Shown here piece by piece: positions 28,392 to 35,475 of a stretch of DNA of 35,475 bases. The translations under genes and the position numbers were made by a program. The stretch is taken from sequence record DRR723986_4714; one strand, given 5' to 3'. Numbering within the stretch: position 1 is the stretch's first letter; each line of letters starts with the position of its first letter. Under the pieces are notes generated by a model. The model searched no databases. It was not told where the DNA came from and was given only the letters and a program-made list of their open reading frames with translations.

Positions 28392-28560
28392 CCGTCATTC
28401 CGGACAAGTGAGGCAAAGCCGAGCACCGATCCGGGATCCAGCGCATCAGCGTGAGCAACGCGAACTCTTCTCTCTTTGTGTAATGCCGCGCCTAAGGCGC
28501 GAAATAAGTGCTGGATTCCGGATCTGCGCACAGCATTGCTGTGCTTGTCCGGAATGACGG
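28392..28560. repeat. CGTC-type REP-like palindromic element (head-to-head dimer)
   Basis: Perfect 17-bp terminal IR CCGTCATTCCGGACAAG/CTTGTCCGGAATGACGG; inner IR GATCCGGGATCCAGC/GCTGGATTCCGGATC; small hairpin GCACAGC-ATT-GCTGTGC; lies between convergent genes. Confidence 0.85.
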
Positions 28561-28599
28561 GGAAGACAGCGGGACCTGCCCTCTTGTCTCTCCCTCCCC

Positions 28600-29601
28600 C
28601 TACGAACGCGAAGGCGATGACGCCCGGCGTGCCTTTGTCCGGTCCAGCCCGAGCTTGTGCTCGCGGTAGATGACGAAAATACCGGCGGCTATCACGATCA
28701 GCGCCCCCAGCACCACTGCTGGCAATGGCGTTTCGCTGAACACCACCCAACCGACAATGATCGCCCACAGCATGTTGACATAGTCGAACGGGGCAATGGT
28801 GGAGGCATCCGCGAACCGGTAGCTCTGCGTCAACAGGATCTGGCCGACACCGCCCGCAAGGCCGATCAGCAGAAGCAGACCTGCCGTGGGCATGTCCGGA
28901 ATGATCCAGGCCTGACCCGGCAGCAGAAAGCCCAACGGCAGCGTGAGCAGCGACAGGACGGACGACATGCCCGCAAACCAGGTAACGATCGTGGACGTGC
29001 GCTCCGTCTCGCACAATTTGCGCACAGTGATCATGGCGAGCGCGGCAAAGCCGGCTCCTGTCAGGCCGATCAAGGCCCCGATCATCGAGTTGCTGTCCAA
29101 CTCCGCGTCACCCAGATGCGGTGACAGCACAACCAGAATGCCGACAAAGCCGACACCGACTGCGCTCCAGCGATAGACCCGCACCTTTTCACCAAGGAGC
29201 AGAAACGCCAGCACCACCACGAAGAGTGGCGATGCAAAGCCGATCGCCGTCGCATCCGGCAAGGGCAGCAGAGACAGCGCGGTAAAGCCGCAAACCATCG
29301 CCGTCAGGCCGACGGACGCCCGGGTAAGATGTCCCAGCGGGTTGGCCGTTCGAAAGGCGAGCCCCAGTTCCCGGCGCATCGCCACCATGATCAGCACCGG
29401 AAACAGCCCGAAGAAATTCCGTGCGAACACGAGCTCACCGATCGGCACCGTCTCGGCGGCAATCTTGAGGGCCGTTGCCATGACGAAGAACACCATGGTG
29501 GAGGCCACTTTCAGCGATATTCCGATAAGAGGTGCCTGCCGGGTCATCCCGGTAGGCGCCGGAGGTCCGGAGAAACGGGACTTCTGGCTCAAGAACGCCA
29601 T
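28600..29601 (-). CDS. DMT/EamA-family transporter
   Basis: About 10 TM segments; LPLPDATAIGFASPLF, LLGEKV and ADASTIAPFDY motifs. Confidence 0.9.
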   Translation of the reverse strand: MAFLSQKSRFSGPPAPTGMTRQAPLIGISLKVASTMVFFVMATALKIAAETVPIGELVFARNFFGLFPVLIMVAMRRELGLAFRTANPLGHLTRASVGLTAMVCGFTALSLLPLPDATAIGFASPLFVVVLAFLLLGEKVRVYRWSAVGVGFVGILVVLSPHLGDAELDSNSMIGALIGLTGAGFAALAMITVRKLCETERTSTIVTWFAGMSSVLSLLTLPLGFLLPGQAWIIPDMPTAGLLLLIGLAGGVGQILLTQSYRFADASTIAPFDYVNMLWAIIVGWVVFSETPLPAVVLGALIVIAAGIFVIYREHKLGLDRTKARRASSPSRS

Positions 29602-29706
29602 GACAACTTCCAGGCCCGGCGCTCTTCATGAAGCCACGGGCGGTGCGTCGGACCGCGGAACCGCCGGGACAGAAAACTGGCTTGAACGTCTTGCGCAGAC
29701 CTGACC

Positions 29707-30963
29707 TTAAGCTTGCGCCCCCGGTTCAGGAGTGGTGCCACCGGCAACCGCGAGCTCCCGCTCGGCAATGGAGACCTCAAAACCTTTCAGACGTTTGTAG
29801 ATGGACAGGAGCTCGATGATCGTCGTCCAGGAATTCACCAGGAACTGGAAGGACGAGGACACCTGGCTGAAGGCCGTCAGGATTTGCTGCACGATACCAA
29901 AGGTGATCTTGCCCACCACAATCGTCGGAATGAGGATGAAATAGGAGAAGATGTTGTCCGACTGTAGGTAAATGCCGCGGGCCAGGTTAAAATAGAGATA
30001 GTGGAAGTAGAGCCGGAAATAGTTTTGCCGGACAAAACCGAACAGCTCGCGCAAGGTCGCCGGATTGGCGCGATCTTCATGATCTTCCCCGTACACAAGT
30101 TCCTTACGGTAGGCTGCCTCGACGCGCTGGTTGTGGAACTCCAGTCCGGGCAGCTTGATGCCGACAAGGCCGAGCAAAACCGTCCCAAACAGCGACCAGA
30201 TGATTGCCGCGGTGAACAATGGCGCCGGAATTTCGCCTACGATCGGCAGGGACGAGACATGACTTGAAAGCGCAAACAGCACCGGCAAGAAGGCAATCAG
30301 TGTCATGATCGAGTCGATGAATGCAACGCCAAGCCCTTCCATGATGGAAGCAAAGCGCATCGTGTCTTCCTGAATACGCTGCGAGGCACCTTCGATGTGG
30401 CGCACATTCGACCACTTTTCGACGTAGTAGTCGTTCATCGCCGTGCGCCAGCGGAAGACGTAGTGGCTGACGAAGAAGCGCGTGAAGATGTAGAGAATGA
30501 CCCAGACCGATGTAATCTGCGCGAAGATCAGCATCAGGTTGTAGAAGTCTGCTGCGGTGACACCGCTTTCCTCTCCATTGAGCGCGTTTTGCAGCGTATC
30601 GAAGAACGGTCTGCGCCAGTTGTTGATCGCGACTGACACCTGAACGCTGTAGTAGGTCATGAAAATGATCAGGGACGAGCCCCAGATCGACCAGATCTGC
30701 CAGCGGTGGTCGCGAGAGAACATCCACCAGAAACCGCCGAAGAGCAGCGTGCAGATGCCGTAATAGATATAGAACCAAAGAAAATCAGGTGTGACGAAAT
30801 AGGGCAGCCCGATGGGTGGTTGCTCACCCTGTGGCGGCGTGCCGAAGCCCAGTGTTTCTGTCAGTCCTTCAGCAAACCCGTACCAGGCAAGGATTGCGGC
30901 GAGTGACCAGAGGAAGGCAGACAGGAAGAAAAGTTTGGGCTTGGGAAAGAAGGACTGAAACAA
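29707..30963 (-). CDS. bacA: SbmA/BacA peptide transporter
   Basis: TTG start giving (M)[56 protein letters not shown] and ELLSIYKRL. Confidence 0.93.
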   Translation of the reverse strand: MFQSFFPKPKLFFLSAFLWSLAAILAWYGFAEGLTETLGFGTPPQGEQPPIGLPYFVTPDFLWFYIYYGICTLLFGGFWWMFSRDHRWQIWSIWGSSLIIFMTYYSVQVSVAINNWRRPFFDTLQNALNGEESGVTAADFYNLMLIFAQITSVWVILYIFTRFFVSHYVFRWRTAMNDYYVEKWSNVRHIEGASQRIQEDTMRFASIMEGLGVAFIDSIMTLIAFLPVLFALSSHVSSLPIVGEIPAPLFTAAIIWSLFGTVLLGLVGIKLPGLEFHNQRVEAAYRKELVYGEDHEDRANPATLRELFGFVRQNYFRLYFHYLYFNLARGIYLQSDNIFSYFILIPTIVVGKITFGIVQQILTAFSQVSSSFQFLVNSWTTIIELLSIYKRLKGFEVSIAERELAVAGGTTPEPGAQA

Positions 30964-31124
30964 CGGGAGGATCCTATTTCTTGAAGCGGAAGGATTCGCG
31001 CCACGCACCGATGAACCGCAAGATTGCGGCAAGAACCGGATAATTCATACGTTTATTTAAAAGAAACCACAGACACAATCTTGAGAACCGGGCTTTACCG
31101 GTGTCAACTTGCTGCCTGAAAGAT

Positions 31125-31152
31125 AAAAGGCGCCTCGAAAGGGCGCCTTTTT
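31125..31152 (-). terminator. Intrinsic terminator after the CoxL-like gene
   Basis: AAAAGGCGCCTCGAAAGGGCGCCTTTTT, 10 nt past the stop codon. Confidence 0.85.
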
Positions 31153-31161
31153 CAGTTTCCG

Positions 31162-33459
31162 TTACTTTGCTGCCTGGATGGCTTCCCACACACGAAGCGG
31201 GGTTGCCGGCATGTCGATCAGCTCGCTGACCCCTGCCCCGTCCTTCAGCGCCTTCTGCACGGCATTCATGACCGATGCACAGCCGCCGATGGTTCCCGCT
31301 TCACCCGCGCCCTTGATGCCCATGGCATTGGTGGTCGATGGAACGTTACGGGTCTCGAAGTGAATGTCCGGCAGGTCTGCCGCACGGATCATGCGGTAGT
31401 CGAGTAGCGAAGCCGTCAGAAGCTGGCCGTCTTCGTCGTAGATCGTCTGCTCGCACAGGGCCTGGCTGAGTGCGGAGGCCGCACCGCCATGCACCTGACC
31501 GGCCAGAAGAAGCGGGTTCACCGTGACACCGAAATCATCGACGATCACGTAGTTGACGATGGCAACGTCACCGGTATCCGGATCGATTTCCACCTCGCAC
31601 ACGTGGGTGCCGTTCGGATAGGTCGCCTCGGTCTGATTGACCTCTTCGCGGGCGGTCAGGGTTTCCCCGGCGCCTGCCGCAATCTCGGCTAGTGTCACCT
31701 GCTGGTCGGTTCCGACCACACGAACCATGCCACCGTCGAGTTCAAGATCCTCGATCCCGGCCTCAAGCCGATCAGCGGCAAGTTCCTTCACCTTCTTGAC
31801 CAGCGCAATGCCCGCATCGCGGACAGACGGCAGGCCGATGGGGATGGAGCGCGACCCACCCGTTCCGCCCCCCTTGCGCACCCGGTCGGTGTCGCCCTGG
31901 ATAACGTCGATGTCCTCGATGGAGATGCCGAACTGTTCCGCAATCACCTGGCTGTAGGCCGTTGCATGGCCCTGGCCGTTGGTCTGTGTACCGATCAGCA
32001 ACGTCAACGTACCCTTGTCGTTGAGCTCAAGGGTGGCTTCCTCGCTGCCAGGGAAGGCACAGGCCTCGATATAGGAACAGATGCCGATGCCGCGGTACTT
32101 GCCGTGCTTCGCACTGTCGTCCTGCCGGGCATTGAAGCCGTCCCAGTCGGCAACTTCCAGCGCCTTTTGCAGATGGCCGGAAAAATCGCCGGTGTCGTAC
32201 ATTCGCCCCGTCTGGGTCGTGTAAGGCAGTTGCTCCGGCTTGATGAAATTGCGCTTGCGGATCTCTACCGATCCGACACCCGTTTCCTCTCCCGCCTTCT
32301 CGATCAGGCGCTCGATCAGATAGGCAGCTTCCGGACGGCCCGCGCCGCGGAAGGCATCCGTCGGCACCGTGTGCATGTAGACGCCCTCGACCTTCGCAAA
32401 GACGGCCGGAATGTCGTAGAGACCGGAGGTCATCGATGTGCCGACGAAGGGAATGAACGGGCCGAACTGGTGCAGATAGGCACCCATGGCAGCCCTGACG
32501 TGCACCTTGAGCCCCAGGATCCGGCAGTCGGCGTCCAGCGCCAGTTCCGCGTGGGTGACGTTGTCCCGACCATGCGCATCCGTCACGAAGTGGTCCATGC
32601 GCTCACCCGTCCAGCGCACTGGCCGTCCAAGTTCGCGAGCCGCGACCATGCTCAGTGGGTATTCGCGGTAGCAGAACATCTTGGTACCGAAGCCACCACC
32701 GACTTCCGGCGTGATCACCTGCAGTTTATCAGCTTCCAGATCCAGAATGCTGCAGATGATGTCACGCAGACCGTGACCGCCCTGGGTGCCGACCGTCAGC
32801 TTGAACCGATCACTCGCAGCGTCGAATTCGGCAACACAGCCGCGCAGCTCCATGTAGTTGGCGACGATCCGGTTGTTGACGACGTCGATGGAAACGACCT
32901 TGTCAGCCTTTTCGAAGGCAGCGTCGGTCTTGGACTGATCACCCTGACCGTATGTGAAGGCGACGTTGGTGCCGAACTCCGGCCAGACCTTCACTGCGTC
33001 CGGTGCAAGGGCCTGCTCGATCCCAACGACAACGTCCAGCGGTTCGTAGTCGATTTCCAGCATCTCGGCGGCATTCCGGGCTGCGTTGACATCGTCCGCG
33101 ACGATGAAGGCAATCGCATCGCCCACATAGCGTACTTCGTCGGAGCACAGGACAGGCTGATCGGGCGCCGCGAAATTGGAGCCGTCGATCTGCTTCGGAC
33201 GCGCCCGGCAAGGCATCGTCCGACCTTCCAGCTCGGCTCCGGTGAGCACCAGCCGGACACCGTCCATCTCACGGATCTCGTCCACATTTCCAAGGCTGAT
33301 GCGCGCATGCGCCATGGCGGACCGAACGACGACCCCGTGCAGGCAGCCTTCCGGCGTGTAATCGCCCGTATAGATGCCCTTGCCCGTTATGAGCGGCTCA
33401 TCTTCCTTGCGGCGCAATGGGGCGCCAACACCGAACTTCGGAGTGACCATCTGGTTCAT
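31162..33459 (-). CDS. Xanthine dehydrogenase family molybdopterin-binding large subunit (CoxL form II-like)
   Basis: RKED...GKG.Y, VGGGFGTK, AFRGAGRPEA, GQGH, GGSRS, VNP...GQ.HGG and KGAGEAG motifs. Confidence 0.9.
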   Translation of the reverse strand: MNQMVTPKFGVGAPLRRKEDEPLITGKGIYTGDYTPEGCLHGVVVRSAMAHARISLGNVDEIREMDGVRLVLTGAELEGRTMPCRARPKQIDGSNFAAPDQPVLCSDEVRYVGDAIAFIVADDVNAARNAAEMLEIDYEPLDVVVGIEQALAPDAVKVWPEFGTNVAFTYGQGDQSKTDAAFEKADKVVSIDVVNNRIVANYMELRGCVAEFDAASDRFKLTVGTQGGHGLRDIICSILDLEADKLQVITPEVGGGFGTKMFCYREYPLSMVAARELGRPVRWTGERMDHFVTDAHGRDNVTHAELALDADCRILGLKVHVRAAMGAYLHQFGPFIPFVGTSMTSGLYDIPAVFAKVEGVYMHTVPTDAFRGAGRPEAAYLIERLIEKAGEETGVGSVEIRKRNFIKPEQLPYTTQTGRMYDTGDFSGHLQKALEVADWDGFNARQDDSAKHGKYRGIGICSYIEACAFPGSEEATLELNDKGTLTLLIGTQTNGQGHATAYSQVIAEQFGISIEDIDVIQGDTDRVRKGGGTGGSRSIPIGLPSVRDAGIALVKKVKELAADRLEAGIEDLELDGGMVRVVGTDQQVTLAEIAAGAGETLTAREEVNQTEATYPNGTHVCEVEIDPDTGDVAIVNYVIVDDFGVTVNPLLLAGQVHGGAASALSQALCEQTIYDEDGQLLTASLLDYRMIRAADLPDIHFETRNVPSTTNAMGIKGAGEAGTIGGCASVMNAVQKALKDGAGVSELIDMPATPLRVWEAIQAAK

Positions 33460-33741
33460 GAATCTGGACCTGCTTTTATTGGGAAGACTTTCCCTTGGGA
33501 AATATCCACGCGCCGGGAGCGCCGGTTTTGTTCAACATAGTGCCCGAAAGCCGACGTGGCCAGAGGTTTGGACAATTCTGCTTCGCACAATTGTTTTTCC
33601 GGGCAAGCTGTGGGGGCTGAGACGGCTTGCTCATTCGGTGCCAATGGCCCATCCATCAACACGAGCCAGTCCCTCCCCTGAAGCATGCGATAGGTGGGTG
33701 AGCTGCTGCACACGCGGAGAAACGCTGAAACCAAGCCGCCG

Positions 33742-34803
33742 CTAGATGATTTCGTCTTCGTCGAACAGCGGATCGGCCTCAAGCTGGGAAGCCAGGCTGT
33801 CGAGGGTCGTTTCAGCGTCGTATCGTTCGTTGAACTCGGCGATATGAAACAGCCCGTCTCCTTCGTTGACCACCGGAAGGTTGGTTCTGCCCACGATGAG
33901 CCCACCCAGTTCGGCCAGCACGTTCCGTTCCTTCTCGCCGAACGGATCAGAGGTGATGCCAAGCAGCATACCGGGTTCGACAACATCGCCGACCGATTTG
34001 AACGGCCGCAACAATCCACCGGCCGGCGAACGGACCCAGTAGCTCGTCTTGCTGAGGATCGAACGGGCCTTTGGCCGCGTGATGCCCTTGGCGCCCAACA
34101 TCTTCAAGGAGCGCATCACGCGCAAGACGCCGGAAACGCCGGCCCTGATCGCCATTTCGTCAAACCGCAGGCCTTCGCCCGCCTCGAACACCAGGACGTC
34201 GGTTCCCTTCAGCTGTGCGGCCTGTCGCAAAGACCCATCGCGCACCTTGGAGGTCAGGATGACCGGAGCACCGAAAGCTTTGGCGAGCGACAGCGTGTCT
34301 GCCCGTGAAGGCGAAACGCGGATCTGCGGCAGGTTGGTCCGGTGAATGGCCGCCGAATGCAGGTCGATGCCATAATCAGACCGGTTGACGATCTCACTCA
34401 TGAAAAGATGCGCCAGCCGCCCGGCCAGCGAGCCGCGCAGGCTACCGGGGAACGAGCGGTTCAGGTCACGCCGGTCAGGCAGATAGCGCGAATGGTTCAG
34501 AAAACCGAACGCATTGACGATCGGGATGACCATCAGCGTACCCTTCAGCTTGTCCAGTTCCTGGATTTCAAGCTGTGGCGCTTTCAGGACACGGCGTGCG
34601 ATCTCCACACCGATGACCTCGTCACCATGCACGGCCGCACTGACGAACATGACCGGCCCGGGTTTGCTTCCATGCAGGACATGCACGGACATCGTCACGG
34701 GCGTGTGGTCCGACAGCACGCTGACCGGCAGATCGATCGTACGCCGGGTTCCCGGTGCGATCTTGTGGTCGCCGATCTCGAAGGCTTTCACTTTTGTGGT
34801 CAA
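33742..34803 (-). CDS. Succinylglutamate desuccinylase/aspartoacylase family (M14) Zn hydrolase
   Basis: HGDE (HxxE), [12 protein letters not shown] and FEAG motifs; TTG start overlaps the rimK stop. Confidence 0.88.
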   Translation of the reverse strand: MTTKVKAFEIGDHKIAPGTRRTIDLPVSVLSDHTPVTMSVHVLHGSKPGPVMFVSAAVHGDEVIGVEIARRVLKAPQLEIQELDKLKGTLMVIPIVNAFGFLNHSRYLPDRRDLNRSFPGSLRGSLAGRLAHLFMSEIVNRSDYGIDLHSAAIHRTNLPQIRVSPSRADTLSLAKAFGAPVILTSKVRDGSLRQAAQLKGTDVLVFEAGEGLRFDEMAIRAGVSGVLRVMRSLKMLGAKGITRPKARSILSKTSYWVRSPAGGLLRPFKSVGDVVEPGMLLGITSDPFGEKERNVLAELGGLIVGRTNLPVVNEGDGLFHIAEFNERYDAETTLDSLASQLEADPLFDEDEII

Positions 34804-35475
34804 CCGCGTCCCTTGGTCTTGGTTTTGCCAACCTGGGCATTCTTGGCAATAAAGTCGATGATCTTGCCGGCAACATCAATACCCGTTGCCTTTTCAACGC
34901 CCTCCAGCCCGGGCGAGGAGTTGACCTCCATCACCACCGGGCCATGGTTGGAGCGCAGCATATCGACACCGCAGACGTTCAGCCCCATGGTCTTTGCCGC
35001 GCGAATGGCAGTCGAACGTTCCTCGGGAGAAATCTTGATGGCGGCCGCACTGCCGCCGCGGTGCAGGTTGGAACGGAATTCGCCCTCCGCACCCGTCCGC
35101 TTCATGGCCGCAATCACCTTGCCGCCAACCACCAGCGCACGGATGTCGGTGCCGCCGGCTTCCTTGATGAATTCCTGCACCAGGATGTTCACGTTGGCAC
35201 CGCGAAACGCCTCGATCACCGACTTGGCAGACCGCTCCGTATCGGCAAGAACCACACCGATGCCCTGCGTGCCCTCCAGCAGCTTGATCACAACCGGCGC
35301 ACCGCCGGCGGTCGCCAGCACTTCCTCGGTCATCTTCGGATCGTGAGCGAAGGTCGTCACCGGCAGGCCGATCCCGTCGCGGGCAAGCAGCTGCATCGAC
35401 CGAAGCTTGTCGCGCGACCGTCCGATAGCAACGGATTCGTTCAGCGGGTAGACGCCCATCATCTCGAACTGGCGC
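34800..35475 (-). CDS. rimK: RimK-family ATP-grasp alpha-L-glutamate ligase (5' end outside the window)
   Basis: [46 protein letters not shown] and [11 protein letters not shown]; the frame stays open to the window end. Confidence 0.95.
   Translation of the reverse strand, partial: RQFEMMGVYPLNESVAIGRSRDKLRSMQLLARDGIGLPVTTFAHDPKMTEEVLATAGGAPVVIKLLEGTQGIGVVLADTERSAKSVIEAFRGANVNILVQEFIKEAGGTDIRALVVGGKVIAAMKRTGAEGEFRSNLHRGGSAAAIKISPEERSTAIRAAKTMGLNVCGVDMLRSNHGPVVMEVNSSPGLEGVEKATGIDVAGKIIDFIAKNAQVGKTKTKGRG

Noticed and set aside
28392..28560. IS element or CRISPR array
   Set aside because: No transposase, no evident target-site duplication and no repeat-spacer periodicity.
31162..33459. Calling this a genuine CO dehydrogenase coxL
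   Set aside because: Lacks the AYxCSFR Cu-binding motif, and no coxM/coxS or accessory genes are adjacent.
31966..33540. 524-aa ORF on the + strand
   Set aside because: Antisense shadow of the CoxL-like gene; no recognisable motifs; expected in high-GC DNA.
33742..34803. M14 hydrolase as the missing N-acetyl-L-Glu deacetylase of the dgcNA pathway
   Set aside because: It is about 20 kb away and coupled to rimK; nothing in the sequence links it to dgcNA.

Overview
GC-rich alphaproteobacterial chromosomal window; gene content and sequence style suggest marine Hyphomicrobiales such as Roseibium/Labrenzia (inference). It is almost fully coding, and no transposase, integrase, CRISPR array, rRNA or tRNA was seen. 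In order: MarR regulator divergent from a TRAP transporter (dctPQM); an SDR/AraC pair; a secreted ClpP-like-fold + SH3 protein; an mlaEFD-pqiC-type MCE lipid transport operon with an unusually long, repeat-built MlaD; dgcN-dgcA (D-glutamate catabolism); an MFS transporter; a CheZ-like phosphatase with a multi-motif acidic tail; a globin-coupled chemoreceptor with a structured leader; Ser/Thr dehydratase; a plcP-agt-like lipid-remodelling pair; an SDR; fadL; a TPP-riboswitch thiM-thiD operon ending in an orphan TakP-type TRAP binding protein; a stand-alone Lrp/AsnC ligand domain; a secreted hypothetical protein; a REP-like palindromic element; EamA; bacA/sbmA; an orphan CoxL-like molybdoenzyme subunit; and an M14 deacylase coupled to rimK (cut by the window end). 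The best leads are the two-state RNA leader of the globin sensor, the multivalent CheZ tail, the TPP-linked orphan TRAP protein with a riboswitch-coupled uORF, and the 82-aa repeat MlaD. All calls come from manual motif reading; no database searches were run.
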